Assembly: GCA_045652245.1 (NCBI GenBank)
Contig: JAZRTY010000043.1
Span: forward strand, 501 to 64,500
DNA: 64,000 nt
From: Eubacteriales bacterium
Lineage (GTDB): Bacteria > Bacillota > Clostridia > Oscillospirales > CAG-382
Direction: 5' to 3'
In this document: piece after piece, positions 10,256 through 19,257 of the stretch
How positions within the stretch are numbered: position 1 is the first letter of the stretch
Layout of the letters: each line of letters begins with the position of its first letter
Notes under the pieces: generated by a model
The model's input: only the letters and a program-made list of their open reading frames with translations
What the model was told of the DNA's origin: nothing
The model's database searches: none
Position numbers and translations under genes: made by a program

Positions 10256-10286
10256 AAAGCGACAAGTTTCAACTTGTCGCTTTTTC
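10256..10286 (+). terminator. Intrinsic terminator after tRNA-Gln
   Basis: gcgacaag...cttgtcgc stem followed by TTTTT. Confidence 0.8.
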
Positions 10287-10405
10287 AATGATGTTTGCCT
10301 GACGGCACATCAGGGCAAACATCGCATCATTGCGAAACAAAGTGAAGCAACATCATATTTGCGAAGCAAATGCATCATATCGCCGCAGGCGATACTTCAT
10401 TCAAA
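10287..10405. repeat. tRNA-proximal AATGATG/CATCATT mini-hairpin element, short copy
   Basis: AATGATG at 10287. CATCAT(T) at 10325, 10351, 10373 and a variant at 10395. These are separated by small hairpins (tgcc-tgac-ggca, atttgc-gaa-gcaaat, atcgcc-gca-ggcgat). It shares identical 22-mer ggcaaacatcgcatcattgcga and 15-mer tgcctgacggcacat with 30363-30538. Confidence 0.7.
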
Positions 10406-10493
10406 TAATCTGCTTTTGTGGTATAATGAGTTTGCGAAGCAAGCAGTCAATTCATAAAACAGAATACCCGCTGACCCGTTCGGCTCTTCCGGA

Positions 10494-10534
10494 ATAAAAA
10501 AAGCACAGCACTTTTTCAAAGTGCTGTGCTTTTT
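10494..10534. terminator. Bidirectional terminator downstream of the MscS gene
   Basis: agcacagcac / gtgctgtgct 10-bp stem flanked by an A-run and a T-run. Confidence 0.8.
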
Positions 10535-10550
10535 ACGTTATATAAACCGA

Positions 10551-11363
10551 TTAATTTTTGTCAATATGTACATCCAACTGCGGATAAGGAATTTGTATTC
10601 CGTTTTTGTCAAATTCCTTCTTTACCTTTTCAATCAAATCAAAATTAACATCCCAGTAATCAGCCGATTTACACCATACACGAACTGTATATTCAAGAGC
10701 ACTGTCGCCGTGCTTTGAAAGACGCACAAACGGCTCGGGAGTGTTCAATACCTTTTCGTGTCCCTTTACAGCTTCAAGCAGGATAGCCTTAACCTTTTCT
10801 ATGTCATTGTCATATGAGGTTGTGAAGGTAAAGTCTACTCTCCTTGTTTCAAGAACAGAATAATTTTCGATAACTGTATTTGTAAGAGTACCGTTGGGGA
10901 TTGTAATAACCTTGTTATCCGGTGTTGTCAGAACAGTATACATAATTGTAATGTTTGTAACTGTTCCGGAAACGGATGATGTATTGATATAATCGCCTAC
11001 CTTGAAAGGCTTGAATATAAGAATCATAATTCCACCAGCAAGGTTGGAAAGTGCCCCCTGAAGCGCAAGACCGATAGCAAGACCACAGGATGCAAGGGCT
11101 GTAATGAAGGAGGTTGTGGGAATCCCGAGAATCATAGCAATTGTTATAAAGAGGACTATATATAGTGCCACCCCTGCAAAGCTACTGATAAAGGTTCTCA
11201 CACCTGTATCAACCTTGTCAAGCTTATGTGAATTCTTTATCCACTTTTTTATAAATTTAATAAGTCTGCTTCCTACAAGAAGAACAACAATCGCTATCAG
11301 AAGCTTCACACCAAGAGATGCCAGAAGCTCAAAAAGAAAGTTCATGATTTTTTCAATACTCAT
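10551..11363 (-). CDS. Small-conductance mechanosensitive channel (MscS family)
   Basis: Three N-terminal TM helices, then the MscS beta-domain (FKPFKVGDYI...GTVTNITIMYTVLTTPDNKVITIPNG). Confidence 0.9.
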   Translation of the reverse strand: MSIEKIMNFLFELLASLGVKLLIAIVVLLVGSRLIKFIKKWIKNSHKLDKVDTGVRTFISSFAGVALYIVLFITIAMILGIPTTSFITALASCGLAIGLALQGALSNLAGGIMILIFKPFKVGDYINTSSVSGTVTNITIMYTVLTTPDNKVITIPNGTLTNTVIENYSVLETRRVDFTFTTSYDNDIEKVKAILLEAVKGHEKVLNTPEPFVRLSKHGDSALEYTVRVWCKSADYWDVNFDLIEKVKKEFDKNGIQIPYPQLDVHIDKN

Positions 11364-11414
11364 TTTTTATCTCCTTTTACGCCAAAAGTAATTGAACAAC
11401 CTTGTGTTTATATT

Positions 11415-12020
11415 TCAAGCCTGTTCCAAAACGAATTCGCCAAAGAACTCAGGTCTGTGGTAATCCGGATTTTCTGTATTTATCGGATAATATGTAGCAT
11501 AATGCTTATTTTGAGTTTCATCGCCACACTTATACAGGTTACCGTATATTGTCTTCGTATGGCAGCCGAAAATTTCGTCTGTAAACTCAAACGGAATACA
11601 GAATTGTAACACCCATCTTTTTTCGTCAACGCAAGATTTAACATTAAAGTATTCTTTATCCTTGTCCGGATATTCAGCATCATACCGTGATGTTCTGATT
11701 GCTAAATACATTGTACCGAAGGGATTGAACTCAAAATTGAAATATCTTGGGTCATTTTCATTTGGCCGGAAGAAAAATTCCATACAGCTATCCAGGCAAA
11801 CCGCATCATTCTGTTTTCTGTATCTTGCAAGCAAAGGGGTTTCATCTGTTTGCAGCCGTACATAGATTCCGTAATCGTCATACAAGAGCCTTCCGGTAGT
11901 TTTCGGAACAAGTCCGTATCCTTGCCAGTTAACCTTGTCAATATCTGCAATATTTGCACTCTCCCAGGCTTTGTCATCTATACCCTTGATGCCGCTTTCG
12001 ATCTTTTTGATAATGTACAT
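11415..12020 (-). CDS. Carbohydrate-binding family 9-like (DOMON-like) protein, no signal peptide
   Basis: 201 aa. The pattern DSCMEFFFRP...YFNFEFNPFGTMY is typical of CBM9-like_3 proteins. The call comes from motif memory only. Confidence 0.7.
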   Translation of the reverse strand: MYIIKKIESGIKGIDDKAWESANIADIDKVNWQGYGLVPKTTGRLLYDDYGIYVRLQTDETPLLARYRKQNDAVCLDSCMEFFFRPNENDPRYFNFEFNPFGTMYLAIRTSRYDAEYPDKDKEYFNVKSCVDEKRWVLQFCIPFEFTDEIFGCHTKTIYGNLYKCGDETQNKHYATYYPINTENPDYHRPEFFGEFVLEQA

Positions 12021-12090
12021 TTTAAAAACTCCATTTCGATTTATCCTGATAATGTGTTTGCAAAAATCAGATAAAAATGCTTTTTATGCC

Positions 12091-14397
12091 TTACTTTTTC
12101 GCTTCCTTCATAAGGTCGCAAGCTTTAGCTGACGCAAGATTCGGGAATACTCCCCAGGCTGCAATATCAATATAAAGTCCTTCCTGCAGAGGATTTCCTT
12201 CAAGGTCATAGAAGTTAGAGGACTTACAGCTCCAGCCAAACGGCCAGATTCCGACAGTTTTTGCCTTGTCTGCAAAGAATACATATTTGTCTGCCTTGAC
12301 TATTACTTCCTCCCAGTTTCCGTCTGCCTTATAGGCTTGTGCAAGGTTCGTGAAAATATTAGCTTCGCCAAAAGAGACGCCGTCCTTTTCTATCATTGTC
12401 CTCATACTGAATCTCGGAAGATTTACCATTGATTCGTTTGTACGAGCAAGCATCTTAAAGTATACATAACCGTTTGAAAGGTCAATGTCATCAGGGTCAG
12501 TAATATGCATACCGGGTCCTGCATCTGTGTTATTTACTGTAAAATGGGCATAGGCAACATCGCAGTTTTTATCAAATTCTTCGCTTACACTGAAGCCGTC
12601 GGTGATTTTTTCAAAGAGTTTATTCTTTACAGTTCTTACAAAATACGGGGGAAGTACATCATCTGTTTCGTTCTCACTCTTGCAAATTACAGCACCGTGT
12701 CTTACTGACTCAATATCATTCTTTGGTGCGTTCTTTAAATATTCCTCGTATTTTGCTCTTTCCTCATCAGTTACGGGAACACTCTTTGTGGGGGTATATT
12801 CATATTCCCACTTAGGAATGTGTGGAACATAGTAAACCTGTGCATTATTGTCGCCAAGCTCATTCTTTACATTTTCTGCAGCATTCTCGTCCATACTCTT
12901 TTTCTTGAACAAGGTCTTGTCAAGATGATTTGAGCTTGAATAAAAGTCGTTACCCACACCCTGAATAAAGGTGTTGCCGTCAAATTTCGCTTCACAATCA
13001 GGTACTACTGTAGTACAGGTCTGACCGATTTCCTGAGTTGATCTGTCAAAAACGTTATTATTGATTACGAAATTGTAATACTCGTTTCTTGTAGTAGGAC
13101 CACCACCCGAACGCATATGTCTTTCGAGATATCTGTCAGGTCTCATTGAACCGAAGCCATAACCTGCTCTGCGGCAGAGGTTGTTGTCGTACAATACATT
13201 TGTGCCATGACGAACAAAGGGACCTGTTCCTTCCGGAGCGTTAGGTAAGAAGTATTCAATACTGTAAACACATTCTGTAATTACATTGTCCTTATATCTT
13301 ACATTATCGTGAATAATATCCTGAGCCGTAGAGGAAACCTGATGTGTAACACCTGCGTCATAGCACTGATATACATAGCAGTTATCAATATAGAAGCCGT
13401 CGCAGCTTCCATAAAGCTCAACGCCGTTTCCGAGTCTTGTAGGCTCCTCGCCTCTGCCCCAGCCGTAGTATCTTGTAATAGAGCCACCTATCCAGCCTAT
13501 TTCACAATTTCTGATAAGGACATTTTCGTGGTTGTTAAGCGAAATGCCGTAAAATCCGGAATATTTAAGGCAAAGGTTATCGATTATAACATCCTTTACA
13601 TTGGGATTGACCTTCATACAGTTTACTCGCTCGTTAAACTCGATATTATAGAAAACCTTACCGGGGTTACCCTGGTCACAACGCAGGAAAATAGGGCCTG
13701 TAGATATATCGCTGTGAATTTCATTGATTCTTCCACTCGAAATTACAGAGTCAGCCTTATGGAAAAACTCCATATTTTTAAGGTTTTTATAAGATACAGG
13801 AGTCTTTGTTTCATCACCTTTTTTGTAGAAGTGACCTGTGAAGTTCGGCATATATTTGTTGGAGAAGGATTCACCGTCGTTAAATACGAGAATACCTACA
13901 TCTGACATATCCTCATTTGCATACTTCCACACAAGTGCTCCACTTTCGGTATCTTCATAAACAAGAGTCCACTTCTCGGGGTCTGCACCGTCCTCGGGAG
14001 AGGAATTGATTATCGGCTTTACGCCTTCTCCGTATGCAGAATATGTAACACCGCTTCTGCAGGAAATCGGCTCACGCCACATATCCCCTCTTTTAAGCAG
14101 TATTCCGTCGCCGTACTGTGCAAGCACTGTCGCTTTTCTGAGAGTTCTTATCGGAGTTTTTTCCGAAAGTCCGTCATTATCGTCACTTCCACTTGTTGAT
14201 ACATAGATTTTCTTACCGGTTACCTCTGAATAATCCGACTTTGTAGCACGAATTTCAGCTATTCTTTTTGCTTCAAGCTCATCAAGCTCTGAAATTTTCT
14301 TTTTTGTTGCCTCGTAATTATACTTAGCAGCATCTTCCTTTGTAAAGTCGCTGTCAGCAAGAGGTTTTGCATAGGGGAATTTTTCAAATGGATTCAT
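12091..14397 (-). CDS. Right-handed parallel beta-helix (DUF1565/pectate-lyase fold) protein with an extra C-terminal module, no signal peptide
   Basis: Start set at MNPFEKFPYA (ATG 14397), by analogy with its paralogue. N-terminal GSDDNDGLSEKTPIRTL DUF1565-like motif. Beta-helix repeats (NCEIGWIGG, NGVELYG, IDNCYVYQCYDAGVTHQ). The last ~200 aa are homologous to the C-terminus of the 16255..18756 protein. Confidence 0.85.
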   Translation of the reverse strand: MNPFEKFPYAKPLADSDFTKEDAAKYNYEATKKKISELDELEAKRIAEIRATKSDYSEVTGKKIYVSTSGSDDNDGLSEKTPIRTLRKATVLAQYGDGILLKRGDMWREPISCRSGVTYSAYGEGVKPIINSSPEDGADPEKWTLVYEDTESGALVWKYANEDMSDVGILVFNDGESFSNKYMPNFTGHFYKKGDETKTPVSYKNLKNMEFFHKADSVISSGRINEIHSDISTGPIFLRCDQGNPGKVFYNIEFNERVNCMKVNPNVKDVIIDNLCLKYSGFYGISLNNHENVLIRNCEIGWIGGSITRYYGWGRGEEPTRLGNGVELYGSCDGFYIDNCYVYQCYDAGVTHQVSSTAQDIIHDNVRYKDNVITECVYSIEYFLPNAPEGTGPFVRHGTNVLYDNNLCRRAGYGFGSMRPDRYLERHMRSGGGPTTRNEYYNFVINNNVFDRSTQEIGQTCTTVVPDCEAKFDGNTFIQGVGNDFYSSSNHLDKTLFKKKSMDENAAENVKNELGDNNAQVYYVPHIPKWEYEYTPTKSVPVTDEERAKYEEYLKNAPKNDIESVRHGAVICKSENETDDVLPPYFVRTVKNKLFEKITDGFSVSEEFDKNCDVAYAHFTVNNTDAGPGMHITDPDDIDLSNGYVYFKMLARTNESMVNLPRFSMRTMIEKDGVSFGEANIFTNLAQAYKADGNWEEVIVKADKYVFFADKAKTVGIWPFGWSCKSSNFYDLEGNPLQEGLYIDIAAWGVFPNLASAKACDLMKEAKK

Positions 14398-14416
14398 TTT
14401 AACACACCAACTTTCA

Positions 14417-16117
14417 TTATTTGTCTTTTTCTTCAAGATTTGTTTCGGTATCCCATCTGTTATCAGATGCCTGATATTCACGCATTTTTGCGTATTCTTC
14501 TTCAGTTACGGGAATTTTCTTGTCTGCTCTGTAGCAGAATCCCCACTTCGGAATATGTGGAACATAATAAACATCAGCATTTTTATCACAAAGCTCATTC
14601 TTTATGTTTTCTACTGCAACCTCGTCCATAGTCTTTTTCTTGAACTTTTCAGGGATGCTATTGACACCATTTGTATAAAGACCATTTCCGATTCCCTGAA
14701 TAAAGGTATTTCGGTCAAAAACAGGAGAACAACCGTCAACCGCAGTACTCGTCTGTGTCAGCTCCTGTACCGCTCTGTCAAATACATTATTGATAATTCT
14801 GTAATTGTGATATTTGTTTATTGTAGTTGGATACTCACCTGAACGAATATGTCTTTCATTGTAGCTGTCAGGTCTGAGTGCGCCAAAGCCCCAGCCTGCC
14901 CTGCGGCAAAGATTGTTTTCAAAAAGGATATTCATTCCCTCTCTCTCGTGGGTGCTATCCTCAAAGCAGGAAAGAAAATACTCTATGCTGTATATGCAAT
15001 CGGTAAGTACATTGTTTGTATATTTTACGTTATCGTGACGTCTGTCGCGATACTCCTTTGATACCTGATGCGTAATGCCCGCATCGTAGCACTGATATAC
15101 ATAGCAGTTATCAATATAGAAGCCGTCGCAACCACCGTAAAGCTCAATACCGTTGCCAAGTCTTATCGGAGCATCGGGATGGTTTACTCCATAAACGGTA
15201 ATTCCGCCGCCTATCCAGCCGATCTCTAAGTTCTGCATACGGATATTGTCAACCCTGGAAAGGAGAGAAATACCGAAAAGTCCATACTTAAGGCAAAGGT
15301 TATCAAAAAGTATGTCTTTTGCACCTTCAGGAACGTTTGACATTGCCCCGCGTACACAGAATTCAATGTTTGAAAACAGCTTTCCGGGATTTCCCTCGTC
15401 GCAACGCAGAAATACAGGGCCTCTTGCAGCTCTTGCTTTTATTCTTTTGTCTTCTAAAATAACCGAGTCTGCCTTATGGAAAAATTCCATATTTTCAAGG
15501 TTCTTGTATGTAAAAAGCTTCTTTTCCTCGTCACAACTGTCATAATAATAGCCGCAGAAATAAGGAACACGCTTCTTTGCAAATCCCTCTCCACCGTTCA
15601 TAACTATTACACCTAAATCCAGCATATCCTCTTTTGCATACTTCCACACAAGCGCACCTGTTTCCTTATTTTCATATACAAGTGTCCACTTGTCCGGGTC
15701 TGCTCCGTCTTCGGGAGAGATAGTTATTAAGGGCTTATCACCCTCACCGTACGCAGAATAGGTAACCCCGCTTTTTGCGATGAGAGATGTTCCACGCCAC
15801 ATATCCCCTCTTTTAAGCAATACTCCGTCACCGTAGTCAGCGAGAGAATTACCCTTTTCAAAAGTCTTTACCGGGGTACTTTCAGAAAGGCCGTCGTTGT
15901 TGTCGTCACCGTCAACAGATATATAGATTTTCTTGCCTGTTATTTTTGAATAATCTGACTTTGTTGCCCGAATTTCGGCTATCCTTTTGCGTTCTAACTC
16001 GTCAAGCTCTGCGATTTTCTTTTTTGTTTCCTCATAGTTGTATTTAACTGCCTCTTCTTCTGTGAACACACTGTCACCAAGAGGTCTTGCATACTTATAA
16101 CCTTCAAATGGATTCAT
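14417..16117 (-). CDS. Right-handed parallel beta-helix protein, tandem paralogue of 12091..14397 without the C-terminal module
   Basis: Start at MNPFEGYKYA (ATG 16117). Colinear with its neighbour, with long identical stretches (KRIAEIRATKSDYS, YVYQCYDAG, ADVYYVPHIPKW). No signal peptide. Confidence 0.85.
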   Translation of the reverse strand: MNPFEGYKYARPLGDSVFTEEEAVKYNYEETKKKIAELDELERKRIAEIRATKSDYSKITGKKIYISVDGDDNNDGLSESTPVKTFEKGNSLADYGDGVLLKRGDMWRGTSLIAKSGVTYSAYGEGDKPLITISPEDGADPDKWTLVYENKETGALVWKYAKEDMLDLGVIVMNGGEGFAKKRVPYFCGYYYDSCDEEKKLFTYKNLENMEFFHKADSVILEDKRIKARAARGPVFLRCDEGNPGKLFSNIEFCVRGAMSNVPEGAKDILFDNLCLKYGLFGISLLSRVDNIRMQNLEIGWIGGGITVYGVNHPDAPIRLGNGIELYGGCDGFYIDNCYVYQCYDAGITHQVSKEYRDRRHDNVKYTNNVLTDCIYSIEYFLSCFEDSTHEREGMNILFENNLCRRAGWGFGALRPDSYNERHIRSGEYPTTINKYHNYRIINNVFDRAVQELTQTSTAVDGCSPVFDRNTFIQGIGNGLYTNGVNSIPEKFKKKTMDEVAVENIKNELCDKNADVYYVPHIPKWGFCYRADKKIPVTEEEYAKMREYQASDNRWDTETNLEEKDK

Positions 16118-16254
16118 TTTTGTTTCCTGCCTTTCCTTCTCTCTTTTAAATTTATATACATATAATATGTACAAGGTAATTATGCACTATTTCAATGAAA
16201 AAGTCAATAGAAATCAGGAAAAAAATGGGAATTTTCGGTATCAGCTTTATTCTG

Positions 16255-18756
16255 TTATTTCACTGTCTCCATCATATCAAATTTTTGTGCTGCTTCAAGG
16301 TTATCAAAGGCAGCCCATGCGGCAACATCATAATAGAAATCTTCCTGAAGTGGTTTTCCGTTCGCATCAAAGAAGCTCTTGATAGCCACGCCACCTGAGA
16401 GAGAAATTATAATATGGTTTGTATTTACTGCCTGTTCGGGTATATTTTCGTGCGCTACAATTATCTGCTGCCACTTGCCGTCGGCTGTCACAGTCTCCTT
16501 TGAATAAGCATCTCCTGCAGGGCCTAACGAGTTTACAATCGGATTTCCGTCTTTATCATTTGCATGATAGGTTGAAATTTTGATTTTTTTAGGTGTCTTA
16601 TCATTTGTACGGATAAGGAATTTATAATAAGCCTTTCCCGAGGATATATCCCAACGGGGATTACTATATGAGTCAAGAGCGAGCGATGTTGCTTCGCTAT
16701 TGAGTGTCAGGTGTGCGTAAACAATACCCGTTTCCTCGTCTGTCATTTCCTCAACTGTAAGCTTTCTTGCTTCCTGATAGAGATTACCTTCAGCCTGTGT
16801 TCTTACAATAAGGGGAGCATAATTTACCTCAGGCTCTGTTTCCTCTTCAAGTTCTTCTTCGTTTATCCATTCGTTTCCACGTTTTGCGTGGGTAACGGTT
16901 GCTTCTGCAACATTTGCATACGCCCAATGGCTCTTGTCGATATCCGAGAAGCTCATCTGAAGGTCAGACGGCAGATATTCTATATTTGCTTCGTTTCCGA
17001 GGGCTCTATTTACAACCGTTACAACCTCAGCTCTTGTGATTGTATTATCAGGCTTGAAAGAGAATGTTCCGTCACCGTTGTCATATCCATTTACGAGTCC
17101 TGCCTTGGCAGATGCAGTTATAACATTATATCTCGGATGTGTTGAAGCTACATCGGTAAATACAGAGGGCTTTCCTGCATCCTTGAGAAGTCCCATATTA
17201 TATACAAGCTCTACAAATTCTGCTCTTGTGATAGACTGGTCAGGAAGGAATGCTCCACTGTAGGACTTAAGATAGCCAAGGCTCTCAACATATGAAATAT
17301 AATTCTTTCCCCAGTGAGAAGCAACATCCGTAAACGCAGTTTTCTTGTCAGTTGGAACAAGCGCATCGCCGCCTGCACAGAGCCTTGCGACAATCGTAAC
17401 AGCTTCTGCTCTGGTCATTGTTCCGCCCGGTCTGAAGGTACCGTCATCATAGCCCTTGATAAAGGCTGTATATTCCTTTCTTTCTTCACCCTGTGGCAAC
17501 AGTTTCACACCGTTATTTTGTTCGTCACCACTCAGGAAGAAGCCCTTTATCCTGAAATTTGTACCGGGTTTTGTTTCTTCAAATATTATATCTACAATAT
17601 GTTCTCCTGCCGTTTCCTCTTCGAAGAACATTGTATAATAATATGCAATACTACGTGAATCGTAAAGGTCAACCTTTACATATTCCTTACCGTCTACCGA
17701 ATACTTAAAGCCTCCCGACTGGGTATTCATTATGTAAAAAAGTCCACCGTTTTTAGCGTTGTATTTAACTCTCAGAACTGCACCATCTGTCTTTGTGGAA
17801 AGCTCGCTGCCGCTAAGCTTATAATCGGGTGCATTTTGTGAAATTTCATCCTCGGAAAGTTCTCCAACTGTCACCATATAAGCATCTGTCAGAAGGTCTT
17901 TGTTGTAATAGGGGGAATAGGATTTGAAGGTATCCTTGAAAAGTTTTTCGGGCAATTTATATTCTGTTACCTTTGTCGAAAAGCTCTTGTTATCATCAAG
18001 ATTAGGCTTCAGAATGTCATCTCTTAAATACTCAAAATACTTCTGATACCCTGCGTCAATCGGGTGAACATTATCAAGGAAATACTTTTTCCATACAGAA
18101 TCGTAATATGATGAAGGTGCTACTCCACCATTTTCGGCAACGATATCATTCCAGAGCTGCTTTCCCATCCATACAACCGGTATTCCGTAATATGCCGCCA
18201 CTTCTGCGTGTGCCTTGGCGTTGGAATAATCGGTATCTCTTCTTGAAAAGTCGGTAGTTATACATACAACTATATCGCAGGTCGGATTGTTTTCTCTTAC
18301 GTTTCTTATTATTGATTCAAGATAGTAAGCCGATGCGTCATAGTCAAGCACTTCATAAAAATCGTTTATTGCATATTCGATAAAGAGAAGGTCTGCAGGT
18401 GTTTCGGTATCGTACATAAGAGCATAATTTACTCTATATACGTTAAGGTCTGTACCCGTACCACCAAGAGGACCGTATCTTTTCTGTTCAAATTTTACGC
18501 CGTTTGGAACGCCGTAATTTTCGTTCATCCAGTTGCAAGAAAGGTCTCTCCAGCAATTTCCACTCGAGCTCTGTCCCATTCCTTCGGTAACCGAGCCTCC
18601 GAAATATGCAACCGTGATGTCTTCTCCGTTTTTCATTTTTGCGTAAACATTAGGCAAAAGTGAGCCTTTCTCGTCTGCCGACACAGCACTTGTTACAAAC
18701 GCCATACACGACAGAGAAATTACAATTGCAAGTAAGAGGGATAAAAATTTCTTCAT
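16255..18756 (-). CDS. Secreted SGNH/GDSL hydrolase with three SLH domains and a C-terminal module shared with the beta-helix protein
   Basis: Signal peptide (MKKFLSLLLAIVISLSCMAFVTSAVSA). GDSL-type N-terminal block (VAYFGGSVTEG ... NVHP). SLH repeats (FTDVASHWGKNYISYV..., FTDVASTHPRYNVI..., ITRAEVVTVVNRAL). Confidence 0.88.
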   Translation of the reverse strand: MKKFLSLLLAIVISLSCMAFVTSAVSADEKGSLLPNVYAKMKNGEDITVAYFGGSVTEGMGQSSSGNCWRDLSCNWMNENYGVPNGVKFEQKRYGPLGGTGTDLNVYRVNYALMYDTETPADLLFIEYAINDFYEVLDYDASAYYLESIIRNVRENNPTCDIVVCITTDFSRRDTDYSNAKAHAEVAAYYGIPVVWMGKQLWNDIVAENGGVAPSSYYDSVWKKYFLDNVHPIDAGYQKYFEYLRDDILKPNLDDNKSFSTKVTEYKLPEKLFKDTFKSYSPYYNKDLLTDAYMVTVGELSEDEISQNAPDYKLSGSELSTKTDGAVLRVKYNAKNGGLFYIMNTQSGGFKYSVDGKEYVKVDLYDSRSIAYYYTMFFEEETAGEHIVDIIFEETKPGTNFRIKGFFLSGDEQNNGVKLLPQGEERKEYTAFIKGYDDGTFRPGGTMTRAEAVTIVARLCAGGDALVPTDKKTAFTDVASHWGKNYISYVESLGYLKSYSGAFLPDQSITRAEFVELVYNMGLLKDAGKPSVFTDVASTHPRYNVITASAKAGLVNGYDNGDGTFSFKPDNTITRAEVVTVVNRALGNEANIEYLPSDLQMSFSDIDKSHWAYANVAEATVTHAKRGNEWINEEELEEETEPEVNYAPLIVRTQAEGNLYQEARKLTVEEMTDEETGIVYAHLTLNSEATSLALDSYSNPRWDISSGKAYYKFLIRTNDKTPKKIKISTYHANDKDGNPIVNSLGPAGDAYSKETVTADGKWQQIIVAHENIPEQAVNTNHIIISLSGGVAIKSFFDANGKPLQEDFYYDVAAWAAFDNLEAAQKFDMMETVK

Positions 18757-18843
18757 AATAAAAACACCTTTTTGTATATATTTATTTTAAAAATTAGTTT
18801 ACAAAATAACTGCAGTTTATTTTCATAACCAATTATTAAAATA

Positions 18844-18872
18844 TTGACTACTTCAGAAATATATGGTATAAT
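18844..18872 (+). promoter_or_regulatory. Consensus-like promoter with no gene directly downstream
   Basis: TTGACT (18844-18849), 17 nt, TGg-TATAAT (18867-18872). Confidence 0.5.
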
Positions 18873-19019
18873 ATCATTGTCACATAAATTCTCAATATTG
18901 CACTTAGGGTAAGTGTGTATTTTTATCATTATTTTTGGTAAAAATGCATGCTCTATTTTCGCATACTTATCCAAGTGTGAGAGAATTTGTGTGACAACAA
19001 ACAGAGTTGTGCATTTTTC

Positions 19020-19048
19020 GTGCATCAACTTTGTTGGTGCACTTTTTT
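19020..19048 (+). terminator. Hairpin plus T6, end of a ~170-nt ORF-less unit
   Basis: gtgcatcaa / ttggtgcac stem with a 5-nt loop, followed by TTTTTT (19043-19048). It is enclosed by a 9-bp outer helix, aaacagagt (18999-19007) with actctgttt (19051-19059). Confidence 0.55.
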
Positions 19049-19082
19049 GTACTCTGTTTCAAAGGTTGCTACACACTTTGAA

Positions 19083-19110
19083 AAATCCACCATTACGTGG
19101 ATTTTTTCAT
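19083..19110. terminator. Second hairpin plus T-run
   Basis: aaatccac-cattac-gtggattt followed by tttcatttt. An A-run lies upstream, so it could act in both directions. Confidence 0.5.
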
Positions 19111-19196
19111 TTTGTCTACAAATTCATTGTATCACATAATTTTCAGCGTTTCAATTAGTTTTTTTACTGATTTTATTAGTTTTTGTGTCTTTTTTC

Positions 19197-19225
19197 TTGA
19201 CAAATCACCCTGTTTTTGTTATACT
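19197..19225 (+). promoter_or_regulatory. Promoter of the AraC-family gene
   Basis: TTGACA (19197-19202), 17 nt, TATACT (19220-19225). Confidence 0.55.
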
Positions 19226-19257
19226 GATAAAAAATCAAAGAGTGAGATTTGTGCAAA

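Noticed and set aside
9748-10457. ORFs of 64-108 aa on both strands (9748..9942, 9759..9977, 9962..10288, 10176..10457)
   Set aside because: They overlap the SRP RNA, the tRNA-Gln gene and the hairpin repeat. Structured-RNA and repeat DNA explain the open frames.
12091-14481. Longer 796-aa version of the beta-helix ORF that overlaps the upstream paralogue
   Set aside because: The paralogue alignment shows both proteins begin at MNPFE. The extra 28 codons are read-through of the intergenic region and the upstream gene's 3' end.
12091-18756. Beta-helix proteins as prophage tail spikes or depolymerases
   Set aside because: There are no phage structural, lysis, integrase or repressor genes anywhere nearby. 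The genes sit in a chromosomal AraC-linked cluster.
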